A DNA stretch of 64,000 nucleotides from NCBI GenBank assembly GCA_013239625.1, contig MU056116.1:124001-188000 (forward strand). The letters run 5' to 3'. The translations under genes and the position numbers were made by a program. This stretch comes from Lama guanicoe. Lineage: Eukaryota. This document shows positions 48,362 through 62,519 of the stretch, in pieces. Numbering within the stretch: position 1 is the first letter of the stretch; each line of letters begins with the position of its first letter. The notes beneath the pieces are model-generated. The model was not told the origin of the DNA, did not search any database, and saw only the letters and a list, made by a program, of their open reading frames with translations.

Positions 48362-49797
48362 CTGAAAGCAGGGGAAGAAAAGAAGAATTTCCCTTGAGCA
48401 AGTGAAACATGGGTTAAACAGTACATTGACGGCCAGCGGGAAGCCTCCTTCTCCCAGAGGCCATGTCACTATCCCTGGCCCAGGAGAGCAGAGCCAGGCC
48501 CACTGCCTGGATTCTGCGGCCACTTTGTGCCCATCTCCTCCATGCTCTGGGTGCACACAGCCCCCACAGTGTTTCCTGGCCTGTCGTTTGCACCCTCTCT
48601 GCTTGAGGCACAGTGGAGTTTGTGAAATTTGCCAGAGCACCTGGCTAGCACATTCATGACAGTCAAAGGGGAGGACAAAACAGGATCTGTCCACACTGCT
48701 AGTTCCAGGGTTCAGTGATGGGGAAATAAATCTCCATCTGCCCAGATGGTGGCTGGTCCCATGGTAGGAACAGCCACCTCTGGGACTCCGGCCCTAGGTG
48801 AGCCGTGGCCTCTCACGGCTCCGCTGCACTGGGCTGGAGGGGTCTGCTCCCTGCCCACAGGCTCCCTAAATCCTCCCCGGGCCCCAAGTAGACAAAAATA
48901 AACCACACGCGGCCATTTTTGTACATAAGGTACCCTTGTGTGACTTCTGCAGATGGAACCACGGTAGACTCACTCAATCACTGTGCTGTTTACAAAGCCA
49001 CCAGAGAAAGCTTTAAGGGGGAGGAACACAGATTCACTAAGGCCTCAGTTTTTTCCTAGGAAAGGGCACCCAGGAGTTTAGGGGGTGTGTTAGGGGTTGG
49101 TTCTGGAGATGAACGAGGTGACTGGCCCTGGGCAGACCTCTCACCACAACCAAGGGACAGGACAGGAACAGCCGGGAGTCAACACTGGAGCAGCGAGCTT
49201 CGCAGGCTCTCAGAGCAGCCCATGGCAGGCATCACTCCAGCTGCCCACAGCCGGCCCACAGCGCTCGGAGCAAAGGCAACCGGAACACGTCAATTTCCCT
49301 CCCATACAGCTGGCTGCGTGTGACCTGCTCCCAGTCCCTCGTTCCTCTACTGCTCTGTCCAAAGACGGCTGGAAGTGCGGCTTCTGACCCAGGTGTGTTG
49401 CCCTCACTAGTCAAAGGGACCCGGAGGCCCCAGCACTGCTCCCTGCAGCGCTCCTGCGGTGGGATGCTGCAGCCCGCCCCCGGCTCTGCCTGCAGCAGCC
49501 GTGCATCCGTCCACACTCTATGGCCCCCAGTTAAATACTTAACACAGGATCAGTTCTCGTCTTTGCGACGTGGGGCGGTGAGAGCACGGCCCCGATCTGG
49601 TTTGTCTCAAGGACAAGTAAGCCAGCCCAGCACTGGGAACAGGGGGCGGGGCTCAGGGACTGGCGCCCCCACAGCCGGGCAGCCGCAGCCCTAGTCCTGA
49701 CTCTAAGCGACCCGTTGGCAGCGGCTCGAAGGAGGATTCTGGCTCATCCCAAGGCCACAGATTGCCACATTCCTGCACCTTGGAGAGAAGGCCCGGG

Positions 49798-50010
49798 TTA
49801 TGGACTGAACGCGTCTCCCTCCAAATTCACATGAGGAAGCTCTAACAGCCCTTGCGGGGTGTTTGGAGACGAGGCCTTCGGGAGGTGATGAGCTTAGACA
49901 GGCAGATGGGACCAGCATCCTCACAAGAGGAGACACCAGAGGGCTTTGCTCCTCTCATTGTGTGAGAAGTGGGCAGAGGGGGAGGTAGGGGCCTTGGCGT
50001 CCTGAGAGCC
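49798..50010 (+). mobile_element. MLT1A-like LTR fragment
   Basis: ttatggactgaacgcgtctccctccaaattcacatg...ggccttcgggaggtgat...cacaagaggagacaccagag. Confidence 0.65.
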
Positions 50011-53000
50011 TGGCTGGACCCACGTGCACAGGAAGGCGGACAACAGTGACCACCTCTCTGGGGAGGGAGCAAAGCTGCTGTCCTGGGGGTGACACATCCC
50101 TTAAAAAAATGCCCAACCTGAGCCCAGCCCCACTGCCTCCCCCACCTCCGACCCTAGTTCCTAGTCCGTCGGAGCCTCCCCACTTTTGATTTACGACCCC
50201 TATATCAGCACTCACGCGTGCACATGCATCATTGGAAGGATGGGGGTGGCACCTGGGAGGTTTTCCCCATCCGTGGAAGCGCAGATGGCTTCTGTTCTCC
50301 CCCCACGAGGTTACGACTGATATGACTGCATCCTGGGACTCCCTCTCCTGCCTGGGTCTTCCCTGCAGAGCCGTACACGGGAACCTGGACCTCCCGGAGA
50401 GCATGGCACCCACCCCGGCTGGGTGCACAAGGCGGCTGAGATTGCAAGGCACTGCTGGGCTCTGCCTCTGGCTCCCTGCGCAGTGACCGTGGCTCCCTGT
50501 CCCACAGTCCACCCCCTGTTGGGGACACAGTCCCCATGAGCAGCGGCGGCCACACGGCTCTGTCGGGGCTGGACTGGAGACAGCTCTGCCCTGACCTGCG
50601 GCCTGTATGGGGGCCCCGTGAGAAAGCCCCTGGGGCATGGAATGCAAGCTGAAGCCAGCCTGGAGCAGCTGGCTTCACAAGGGAGCCAGAGCAGCGTGCA
50701 CGGTATTGAGACGAGAGGACAGGAAAACACCCTGGACCTGGAAGACTCAGCCTCACTTTCTGGACGGAATCAACACAGAAAATGTGGGTCTCCGGGGGCG
50801 GTGGGGGAATGGCGCGTCAGGGCGGCCTTGAGCCCAGAAGCTGTGTTTGCTGGGTGACTTTCACATGAATGACAATTCCTACCTGAGATGCCAGTTCGCT
50901 GTGGAACCTGACCACCCCCTGCTGTCTCCCCGACCAGGCCAGGCTGCTCCGGACGGCTTGGGATGAGGGACAGTGCTCTGGGTCCCCTGCTGCACTAACC
51001 CCACATCCCCTGCAACCCACCCACGCTCCTGATATGGATTCACAGATCCCAGCAGCGGGGCGGGAGAAAGGACCCCGGGGGTTCTCCAGGGCAGTGCATC
51101 CTGGCCGAACTTCAAGAGACCCCAGTGAAAGAGGGGCCGCACCTGCTGCCCCACCCCCCTTGTGAGTATCGCAGACTCCCGCTCACAACCAGGGCAAAGT
51201 GTCTAGTGGAGGGCTTTTTTTGCCCCCAAAAGTCGAGACGGAAACAATTACGAGGTCACTGCACAGCCCTGCTCCCGCTGTGACACCGAGGGTCCACAAG
51301 CCCTCCAGCTGCCCCAGGGAGGTGAAGTGCTCCAGCGTCCTACAGGGCAGGGCCGTCGCCAGGCAGAGCGGGCATGCATGCCTGGGAGGACGGGGGCCGA
51401 GCACAGGAGGAGCCGGAGGGTGGGTGAGCAGGGGCCAGGACGGGATGGTGAAGGGGCTAGTCTTGGCCCTGGCCCCATGGGGAGCCACAGAAGACTCCCG
51501 ATTTAGAAGGACGACTCTGGCTGCTGATGACAGAAATGGAAGCAGTGATGCTGTATCTCTGAAAACCAGTTTAGGAGAGGCCGCTGGAAGAGCGGGTGCT
51601 GGGGTGTGAGCAGGCGGACCCGGCAGAGGAGCGACGCCAGGGGAGCCCACAGCCCTGGAAGCCCCGCACAGACGGATCCTTGACAGGGGAGCTGGGTGAA
51701 GTCCGGGTGGGGCGGCTTTCACGCGGGGCTGGGACAGTGGTGGCCCACAGCTCAGCGGAGGCCCCCACAGGGCACTCAGAGAGCCTCCCCGGAGCCCAGG
51801 TAGAACTGAAGACAAGCAAAAAGAGTGATCAGAGCCTTCGAGTCCTCACTGGGGCAGACGCAGCGCCTCGGGGTGGGCAGCGGGGAGTGGGTCACAGACA
51901 CCACTGGGGCGTTCGGAGGCTGACTGGTGATTTTGTTTTGTTATGGATGGGGGACGTAATTATTACCCTGAGCCGGCGGAGACAAAAACCTGGCTAGCTG
52001 TCACATAAAGAGTTCTGCCGCCCTTCAAAAAGCCCAGAGATACCCTCACTGAGGTCCATTCAAGGGCGCGGTAAGCCCTCACTGCAGACCCGACGGCGCT
52101 GCCCTTACCAGCCGGAGCCCAGGCACTGATGTCCGAGTCCCGAGGACCAGAAGCCTGGGTCACAGGACGTCGGTGCCTTCATCCACTCTCTTCCTCAGGA
52201 CCGGGGAGCTTTTGTCCCGTGTGCTCAGTGCCCCGTGTGCTCAGCGCCCCGTGAGAAGCCCCGAAGGACAACTTTCCCCAGGGGCGGTGGGGGACCATCG
52301 CTGTTCGCGGTCCTGGCACCCACCAGCGCATTCGCGGGGAGCGCAGACTCCAACCCTCACCTTATGATGAGGACGTTATCTTACAGCGAAGAAAGAGGGC
52401 AGGGCCGCACCTGGCGGACGCCTCCTCAGGGCCCCTCCTGGACCAGGTATGCTCAGGGTGAGGGCTCAGAGTCAGGCTGCCCCGCCACCTCCCGCAGCGC
52501 CTGGGCAGAGAACCGAGTGACCCGCCCACCCTGGGGAAGGCTCTGGGAGGCACAGCTACATAACGCTGTCTCCGGCCTTGCTAACCATTTCTTTCCAAAC
52601 CCACAGAACTTGCCAGGCCTTCCTGGTTACTCCCAGAGTTCAATCCACACGCGCGTCCTTAATTTTCTCAAAGCTGCCCGTTGGTCAGGCCCCTCCCGGA
52701 GCTCAAAACCCCTCGGGTGTGGTGTGCTGCGTTTAAACTGGGGAAGGCAGACCTCCCACCCCGCCCGCACTCAAGCCCTCGGCTCAGAGGCTCTCCCAGG
52801 CCAGCACTCACCTCCACCCCCGTGGGGACCGGGGACCACACTTCTCAAGCCTGCCCTGCAGGCTGCACCTTCTGCTCCCCTCACCTGTGCCTCCAGGAAA
52901 ACTGCCTTCGCTCCCCACCCTCCCTCTGCTCCACCCTCCTCCCCACAGCCCTGCAGCCCTAGTGACTCACGCGCCGGCATCAGCTCTGCAGCCAATGTCC

Positions 53001-53489
53001 CGGAGCCTCAGATTCAAGCCGCCAAGTTCAGGGACCACGCCCTCTGAATTAGTCCCTGCTTTATTAGAAGCGTAATGTGGGGGTGAACAACCCGTTGCTC
53101 CGATTTGCTCTGTGATGGGTTCACGAAGCTCCACGCTGCTGCGTTTACCATATGTTATACTGTTACTATACATCAGCTGGTTTTCCCCATTTTTTCACTA
53201 TTTTCCTATTTTATTAAGCTCATTATTATTTTTACTTTCATTATTTAGTGATTAATTTTACTATTTTCTTATTTATGTACGTTTCAAAATGTCCATGACA
53301 AACTTTTTTTTAAATGTGGAAAGTGACATTAGGAAACTTTGTCAGCCGCCTGCCCAAAAGGGATGTGTCAGGGATGAATGTTTGTGTGAGTGAGTGTATC
53401 TCCCTTCGACTAGGAAGAACTCCAAGGAGCCATAAATCCAAATGCCCAGGCGGTCTGAGCCCCTCACAGCGTAAGCAGACATGGCTGGG

Positions 53490-54342
53490 TTCCCATTCAG
53501 TTCACATATGACCCCCGAACCCCAGATTCAGGTCACTGAGGGCTCCCCTTCAGGACTGATGGGCATCTTGGACCTCCCAGGCCCAAATCCCACTCTGGGG
53601 TTGACCCCAAACCTCCTCCCCATCTTTACCATCTCAGCCAACAGGTGAAGGGATCATTCAACCAGCCCCAAAGCCCGATGTCCCTCCCCACGGGCCCCGC
53701 CCTCCCCCGGCTCTCCGTGGAGGGTGTGTTTGGAGTGTGGGCACACACCCCACCGGGGCAGCTCCATCTGACCTCTCCCCAGCACCTCCACACCACTGTC
53801 AACTCTCAACTCAATTACAGTAATTGGCTCCTTTCTACCAGGTCTACTGCATCCAGTTCTGCTCTCCCACCGTCCACCCCTCAATTAGCAGTCAGAACTT
53901 CTTAAAAAGTAAGTCAGGACTCTGTTCAAAGCCCTCCAAAGGCTTCTTAGCTCTTAATGCTTACAATGTCCTCAAGGCTGGCATTATGGGTCCTGCTAGC
54001 TTTCTGCTCCTGTTTCTTGAGGTTCTCCCCCTCCCACCACAGGTCCTTTGCACATGCTGTTCCTGCATCTCGGGAGGCCCCTGCCTAATATTCACCAGAC
54101 TGGATCCCTCACTTCATTCACGTCTCTGCTCAAATGCCACTGAATCAGCAAGGACAGGTGTCTGCAGTATCCACATACCTCACTCTGCCCATCTTCCCTA
54201 CTTTCCTTACCAGCACCACACATATCCTGTGCTTTTCTGTCTCCAGCCTGATTTCCCTATGAGGCCACGGAACTCAGCTGCCCCCTGAGTTGTGACAGGC
54301 CTGTACAGAGCAGACTCTCAAATAAGAATGGGTGAATGAATT
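53490..54342 (+). mobile_element. L2 relic ending in a TGAA tail
   Basis: caggtcctttgcacatgctgttcc...ctctgctcaaatgccac...agcagactctcaaataagaatgggtgaatgaa. Confidence 0.7.
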
Positions 54343-57300
54343 CTATTGAAAGAAAGAATGTAGCTTTGGTACTATCTGGTAGGGACCCCTGGGATAATCT
54401 CCTTTAAATAGCAAAGTCCCCAGCAAGTATCAAGTGCCCCCTGCCCCCAACAGCTGTGTGACTTGATCACACACAGCAGGCTAACTCTAGGAATGTTGTC
54501 CTATTTTGGAAATCCAAGTTACACATTTCTAAGACACTGATGGGCACCTGAGACACAGCTGGATGGCCTGGACTACAAGGCTGGCCACCCTCCACTAGGG
54601 TCTGGACTTCACCCTCAGCCCCAGGAGCCGTCAACTCTCCAGGACAGCCTGCAGCCGCATGCACCCTTGGTCAGGGGGCTGGCGCTGGACCTTAGGACAT
54701 CTCACAAGGGCAGGCTGTAATAGCCACTGCATCTCCCGCCCCTGCAAGCACGCCCGGACTTGGGAAGCCACCCGCTCCCCACCCCACCCTGGTCTCATGG
54801 CCAAAGTCTGGTCTAAGAAGACAGGAAGGGGCATTCAAGCTTACTAATGTCTGACTCACAACCATAAGTTCTTCTTTTCTTTCATATAAAGGCCAAGTCA
54901 TTTAGAGAGAAAAGAACTAGGAGGCTGGCCTCTGAACAGACGGCATCATTGTACAAGGAGAGACTCCTTTGCAGATGCTGGTGGCAAACCTGGGAACCCG
55001 CACACGGCCCCCCAGCTGCCCTGTGGACCTGCTGCTCCTCAGACCGCAGAATCACAGGATGTTCTTGTGGGGAACTACGTGCCAATGTTCTGCCTGAGGA
55101 ACAATCAAAAAACAAACCGAGCAAGGAAAACCACAGAGCACAAGCACCTGCGGGGAGCGGGGCGAAGGCCCCGGCCGGGACCCGGCATGCGCACAGCCCC
55201 GGGCCAGGCTCTCGGGGGACCCTGACCCCCGAGGGCGCAGAGGGAAGCCGCCGGCCTGGGCCCCGTCTGCGTCTGCGGGAGGCACGGGGCAGAGGGGCCG
55301 CGCCGGGCTCCTCCCTGGCGAGTTCTGCTCTTCACGCCTTGCTTCAGATGACTCATTCTCCACATTTGATTTTAATTTCTGGAGTAGGAGTAGCGTGCTG
55401 ATTCCATCAGATTTCCTCCGGGTTAGAAAGCAAGCTTGAGTTTCGACCCGCTCTGGGCAATTTTCGTCATCAGGCTCTGTGGACAGAAACTCCAGCACGT
55501 CTGCCCCCTCACTCCCTCCCCAGGGAGTGGGCTCCGGAGGATGGAAGGGATCCAGAGATACCCTCCCCAGCTGAAAGCCAGACGCCCTGGGCCCCTGACC
55601 CTGTGGGCCGGCCACAGAGAAGCCCGCACACGCCCGGCAGGCTGCGGGGGTGGGTTGGGGACACCTGGCTTCACGGACACCTCCTCACTCTGAGGAGCCC
55701 GGAAGGCAGGTGAGCGGGTGGTGACCCGGGAGGCGAGAGTGAGCTTGTCTGTGCGTCTGCAAAAGTCTGCAACCTCCTTTTCCTCCAATGCCAGCAGCCC
55801 TGGAGGGAGGCAGATGCTGCAGCCTCCAAACTGCACCCCGGCTCCCCCTGCCTCCTGAACCTTGACCCGACAGGTCTGGGCAATAGCCCAAGTGGAGAGC
55901 CAACACGTGACTGGTGTCCCCTTCCCAGGCCCCCCCGCCCCCGGCAGGGAATGCACAGGGTCCGGTTACGAGAGGACCTTCCCGCCACCTCGGTGGAAGG
56001 CTTCCTCCCACTGACAGGACTCTGATCTCCAGAACCTGTCCGTGCCCACCTGGAGCAGAGACGAGAGTGCTGCCTGTGGCCCTGGGGAGGGCCGCCTCCC
56101 TCCGTGGGGAAAGCGCATGGCTCCATCGGAGGGAGGGGACAGCGGGGAGTCAGCTGCACGTGCCAGGGTCTGTCTGGGATGTATTTCACTTTGGTTCAAC
56201 AATGACCTCAATTTAGGGGGCGGCAGCAGCAGCTCTCGGAGCCCCCCAGACGGCCATCCAGGCAGAATAATGAGGTTTGTGGCAGCATCGTGCGTCCTGG
56301 GCCCTGAGGCTGAGCAAGGTGAGCACCTCAGGGCAGGGGCCACGTCGCCTGGGGGAGCAGCCACCGAGAGCTGCACCCGCCTCTAGAACAAGGCTCTGGG
56401 TGCAGACGCTGGGCTTCCAACGTGCCTGCGTCCAAGACCTTCTCCGTTCATCCAAAGCTGGTGACTCAAACTCACCCCCCCAGAGGCTCCGTGCTGTGCG
56501 TGGGAGGGACCCTGCAGGTGTGGGTGCCTGCCTCCCACTCGCTGCTTTTACTGTGGAAAGTGATGGCTGGAGGGAACTGGCCCGATGACTCAGGATGTTG
56601 TCACCGGCCAGGGACAGAATAAGGAACCCTGAGCCTGGAGAACCCCAGGGCTGAGGAAGAGAGGGAAGGGGTGACCAAACCCCTCTCTCTAGCCTCCGAG
56701 GGGCCTGGGCATCTTACTCCCCGGCCTTTGCCTCCTGGGGTCTTCTACTAGACACCCCGCTGTGGGATTGCTCTCCGTGGGGGGCTGGGCCAATCCCATC
56801 GCCTTCTTGGGTGAAAACAATAATCTCAGCCTCTTCAGAGGCTCCCACAGTCTGTAGACAACAACGCAAACCCTCCGGCGCGTCTGCCCAGACCCTCTGC
56901 GCACTAACCCACCCTACACTCTCCTCGATAAGCTCTGAGCTCCCGCCGAGCACAGCGACCGCTTCCTCCACTCGGTTCCCCAGCCATCCCCGAACTCTTG
57001 CCTCCATCTCTCTCCGTCCACCCAGCCACCTGAAGACCCAGCGGGGCCCCCAGTTCGTGCCATGCTAAACCCCCGTCGAGCACTGCCTCTGCAGGTGGAA
57101 TCGCATCTCCTCTGCGCTCTCGTGGGCTTCCCCGCACGCCCTCTGGGCACTCACTGCTCTTATTCTGGGCATCAGGGCTGTCATTCTGCCCGTCACTTCT
57201 TAGTTTCCTAACAACGACCCTCGTTTGCTTAAAAGCCAACAGACACTGGCTCCTCTGTCTGTAATCCTTCAGCACCAAGCACGGTGCCTGGCCCAGGCTG

Positions 57301-59255
57301 CTGTTTGGTGCCATCTGTTGAGCGGACAAGTGCTTCATCTGAGCATTTCCTGATGTTCAGGCACCGCCGATCTCTGGGGACCACCAACGACAAGCGAATG
57401 GAGACCCGTCTCTTCCTTGACTGCTTATCTTTTAGCTGGATGACAACACGCATGGGACTGACCCCGAGAGGAGGGAAGGCGTGAGTCTCCACTGCGCCTT
57501 CGGAGCCTGCGTGGGCCTGGAATTCCACGGACCCCCGGGTTTGCCCAACACTCCACTCACCACAGCTCATCCTTCGGTCCCACCTCCCGCTGCTGGCGCT
57601 GGCAAGGAGTTTAAAGAAACACCGACGTGTGCCTGTCAAGTGCTCAGCAAGCAAGAGGTTCAGGAGGTCTGGGGAGTGCGGTCGGCCCCAGTGTGTCACA
57701 TGGGGAGGCCACCCACCCGCCCGTGAGGCAGAACTGACAGCAGACAGGCTGGGAAGTGAAATCTTGTGATCGGCCCAGGCAAGAAATACTGCCCCGCTCT
57801 GGTCCCCAGCCAGTGCCCAGAAAGAAAAGGCCTAATTATCTCTGAAGATGTTACAACAAAGATGAGAAAAGAGGCCCATTCACTTGATGGGATGGTGGGG
57901 CTGCCAGGGGTGGGATGCGAGTTCCTGAGGTTTGAGAACGTCCGACACGTTCAACAAGACTGCAAAAACATCAGCACGGAAGGTCTTGTGATTTCCAAAC
58001 ACCAGTCATTGATTTACTGTCTTCCTTGAAAAACAATCCGAAATTATTTAATACTTCTCTTTATTTCGATCCAGTTTTTAACAATATAAGTTTATTCAAG
58101 AAAGTTATAAAAGCAGCTTTCTATAGCTTTAAAAAGGAAGCTTCTATCCTTAAAAGAAAGGTCTTCCTTAGAGAAACTGGTATATCTTTACTAGAAAAGA
58201 TTAACTTAAAAAAAATTTTGAGTTCATCTTAGATACCTGGGGAATGCAGACCTAGCTGGTACCGCTCAATGGGCAGATGCGGAAGCTGAGGCTGGTCTGG
58301 GTTTTATTGAAAGGATCTCCTCTGGGAAACCGAGGAATGACAGCTCCTGGGAAATCCACCCCCAAAGAGGTGTCATTGCTCAGCTCGCTGGTTTGGATGC
58401 CTCTCAGCCAGACCCTCGCCCGGATGGAAGGGGGCTGCTTCGGTTTTATCCACCGGCTTATGGAGGATCCGGCATCTAGCCCAGGAAGCAACCGATGTAA
58501 TTCATGGAATTAATGAACGAATTTCTTTACTGAAGATCTACCATGTCCGTGAATTACTAACGGAGATGTCCAGAGTGGTAAACCAATCACAAGTCTCTAT
58601 AAAGTGACTTCACACACGCTTTACAGTGATGTAGACATGGAGACGATCACTTACCACACGGGCCGAAATGCATTCCACTCCCAGGGCGGGTGACGCAGCT
58701 GCTAAAATGCGTTTTCTGATATTTAATAGAATGAAAAAATCCATATAGCATAACACGGAGAAAAGTGAAATCTACAAATTCTACCATAAAACGCATTCCA
58801 CTCTGTTCCTAGAAGTGTTTACCTGATAGAAAAAGAAGGGTGAACCTCACACTGAATAATGACAGGGATTATGTCTGGGTGCCAAGCGTGTGGATACTTT
58901 TGTTCTTTAGCTTATTTTCCCTAAGTTCTCTACTTTTTGAAGTTAAAAAAGAAACACATTTTATAATATAAACTTCCATTCTTTTCCCCAAACACCAGGC
59001 CATGGCTCCAGCAGGTCCTTCCCGGCCTTGCACGGCCACTCCCTGGGCGTGTCTGAGGGGGTCAATTCCGAGCACTTCCCGACACCTGACTGAGTGCCTG
59101 CAAAGCTGTGTTGACCCCACGGGACATAAACCCAGCCTTCCCCGTTTCAGCTCTGTGACTTGCACAGAGTCATTTTGCCAATAAACAATAAAAAATGTAT
59201 TCCTGTTCCTCCCGGCCTCGCAATTCCACTAATTAGGAAACGCTGGCTGCCTGAT

Positions 59256-59920
59256 TGTGATTCATAATGAAAATAGACATTTGGTCTTTGTCCTGTTTCT
59301 GGCAAAGGGCTCCTAAAACCCTGAGGATTTCCCAAGCAAAGAAAGCAATAAAGGTGTCTTCTGTCATGTTAATGAGGTGACTTTGGGCCCGATCCCAGGT
59401 AACCTAAGGATGGGGGCTTTCAGTCTCGCCCTCTGACCTCTGGGGAGGGGAGGAGACTGGTTGGAGGCTGAATCAATCACCAACGGCCAGTGATTTAATG
59501 AATCATGTCTATATAATGAACCCTCTGTAAAAATCCTTCCAGGCTGGCGAACACGTGGAGGTTTGGGGTGGGGGTGGCCACTAGGAGAGGCAGCAAGCTC
59601 CTCCCCTTTCTCCAGGCTTTGCCTCACGTATCTCTTCCACTTGGATTTTCCAGAGTTGTGTTACAATAAACCTGTAACCCAGTTAGTAAAACATGTGAGT
59701 TCCACGAGCCACTAGCGAATTAAACCCAAGGAAGGGTGGTAGGAACCTTCCATCTCTAGCCAGTGGGTCAGCCTGGACCTGTGCCTGGCGTCTGAGGTGG
59801 GGGGGGCAGTCTTGTGGGACAGAGCCCTCCACCTGTGGGATCTGAGAACTGGTGGTGAGGGGGGAACCCCTGCAGGAAATGGAACTGGGCGAAGAACCGT
59901 TCCCGAAGGAAAGTCAACAC
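59256..59920 (+). mobile_element. MER21-like ERV solo LTR
   Basis: tttggtctttgtcctgtttctggca...ctcctaaaaccct...caatcaccaacggccagtgatttaatgaatcatg...taatgaaccctc, with an internal AATAAA. Confidence 0.75.
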
Positions 59921-59989
59921 CAGCAGAGCTGCAGAAAGCGGCTGGATCCGACCCGATCTGCTTCTCCCCACAGGCTCCCCACTGTCCGC

Positions 59990-60900
59990 TGCTATAAACA
60001 GCAGGGCAGTGACCATCTTTGCACCTAATCTTCCTCCGAATTTTGGATTCTTTTCCTAGGACGACTTTCTAGTAGAGCATGAAGCCTTGCCGAAGCTTTC
60101 CTGGAAAGCTGTAGCAATTTTTACTCCCAACAGCACTGGGGGTCCCTTTCCACCCTTCTGCCACCAGCTCCAGAAAAGCTTCACCAATCTGACCAGTGGG
60201 GAACGGAATACCAAGTTTAAATTCACAGTCCTTTGACCATCGGTAGGGACATTTTCAAATACCGACTACTTCTTCCTTCCGGCTTCATGACTCCCATTTC
60301 GTATCCTTTGTTCGATTACAGCCTGGAATTTCATCATCTCAGTTGCAAATATCTTCCCCACTGTTGCTCGCACGCAGACAAATCCATTTGCTAACTTGAT
60401 AAAGTCTCCATTTATTCAACCCTATCAATCTTTCCTTTGTGATTTCCCCTTGAAGCACAGAAAAGCCTCTCCTAACGAAAAATTTGATAAACATTCCCAT
60501 TTTTCTTCCTTTATTTAAAAAAAATGGTTTGTGGACTGACATTAATGGACAAAGAATTTATTTTGCTGCTCAGTGAGGAACTTTACAAAATGAATTGGCA
60601 AACGGCTAAGCCATGGCTCCTTTATCAGTTCCTGAATAATCTGTCCCCCCCGTGATGTCATCTTAATGCATTTTAAATGTGTATGGACACCAGGGTTTGA
60701 ATCTGGCCTATTCTGTGTTGTCAATCTTCATATTTTTATAAGAACATCAGCTCTTATGTAACTCTGAGAGTTTTACCACGTTCGGCCGTCTGGAAGGACT
60801 TGCCCCCATGAACTGTTCGGTTTCAAGGTCTCCTACCCGTTCTTTTCAAGTATTTTTTTCCTTCCAAATGTACTTTAGAATAATTTTATAATATGTCTTC
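59990..60900 (-). mobile_element. Old L1ME-like relic
   Basis: tttactcccaacagca, gttgcaaatatcttccc, agtactt/aataatttt-type text. Confidence 0.5.
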
Positions 60901-61129
60901 CCATCCCTTCATTCCTTCAGAAAAGCAGCTCCTCTGTGTGTTTGCTTTTGTTGGCGCGGGCTTGGTACGAAGTGAGGACCGTACACTGCGCTACCTTTTC
61001 TTCCGGAGATACGGTGCGTCTGTTTATTTAAAAATGAGTGTCAGGACAGTGCAGAGCAGGGACTGGCAAACTCTTTCTGGAAAGGAGCAGAGTAAGTGAA
61101 GCTCTGGGGACCACAGGCACTCTGTCCAA

Positions 61130-61620
61130 AAACCTCAAGTCCAAGCAGTCCCCCAAGTCCAAATTCCACGTCTGACATACGTCGCTCTGACCACCTCTCT
61201 CCACTCTCTGCTCCTGGCCAAGCACCTCACCTCTCGCCTGGACTCACCGCAGCAGCCTTCCACCTGCTCTCCCTTCACCTCCAGCCCAAACACATGCAAC
61301 TGAACCATTCTCCTTGGAGCAGCCTGGGCCTCTCAGCACAGGAAGCCCTGCTGGAGACTTTCCCCTGCACTCACAATAAATCTAACCTCCTTCCTGGGAT
61401 CGCATGACCCTGCTTCCTTCTCGGTGTACTCATTTTCTGAGCTTAAACACATTTCTACCCCAGGACCCTTGCACTGGTACCTCTCGCTGGCTCTCAAGCT
61501 CTGTACCACCAAACTTCCCTCACTGACAACTTTTTCCACTCAGGTCTCAGGTCAATGTCACACTTTACTGACTACTCAGCAACGCAGCCACGTTCACCTT
61601 GACCCCTGTCCCTCCTGGTC
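61130..61620 (+). mobile_element. L2 relic
   Basis: cctctcgcctggactc...ttctaccccaggacccttgcactgg...caggtctcaggtcaatgtcac. Confidence 0.6.
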
Positions 61621-62141
61621 TCTGTGCAAGAGGACAGCAGCGAGAGCTTGCACTTGGGATCACGCACACACACAGAGCACCCTCCACAGAGGCTGGTGGT
61701 CAGGCTGTTTGTACTGACCCAGCTCATGCACAAGCCTTGTAGTTTTCATCAAGTTCGAGACACACTCTTTTTTCAAACACATCACGTGGTCTGGAATGCT
61801 ACAACTTTTGCTGCAACAAAGAACTAAATCTAGTCGGTTTATAGTTGCTTTACTCGATGAGGTAGTATGATCTCTTTATAAACCACTATTACTTCATAAA
61901 TTCTACGCCCAGTTCTGTTATCGCAACTGTGTGCTGTGCGCAGTGCAGGGTTAATACTCACTGCGCCTCATTTCCGTTTGTTTGAGCTACTTAAGGCCCA
62001 ACCAAGGGGTTCTGCTTTTAGGATAACACAGCAGGTCAAGCACCTAAGCGAGCAGCTTTTGGCGAAAACCGAAAAGCCACCAGGCCAGGGAGAGGATGGT
62101 ACTGAGACATCCCGTATGTTCACATTTTCCTAATACCATCT

Positions 62142-62519
62142 TGTAAGAGTTGAACTGTGACCCCCTCAAAGGATGCTCGGTCCTAACCTCCACTCCCTGC
62201 AAACACCACCTCATTAGGGACTGGGGCTTTGCAGATGACCAAGTGCAGATACAGTGACAAGGGTGGGCCCTCATCCAACGTGGCTGGTGTCCGTACAAAA
62301 TGGGGAAACTTGGGCACAGAGGGAAGATGACGTGGAGACACGGGGAGAAGGTGGCCGTCTGCCACCTGAGAGGCCTCGGACAGCCTCAGAAGGAGCCAGC
62401 CCTGCCCGCACCCCAATCTCAGACTTCTGGCCTCCAGAACCACGAGAGAATGAATTTCTGTTGTTTGGAGTGACCCAGTTTGTGGTAGTCTGTTGTGGCC
62501 ACCCCAGGAAGGTCACACA
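62142..62519 (+). mobile_element. Near-complete MLT1B-like LTR
   Basis: TG...CA ends; gggtgggccctcatccaa...gagggaagatgacgtggagacac...tctcagacttctggcctccagaac...cccagtttgtggtagtctgtt. Confidence 0.85.

Noticed and set aside
52235-53047. 270-aa ORF and other 150-230 aa intronic or intergenic ORFs
   Set aside because: Many have non-ATG starts, P/S/G/R-rich composition, no evident splice structure and no recognisable homology. Consistent with chance ORFs in GC-rich DNA.
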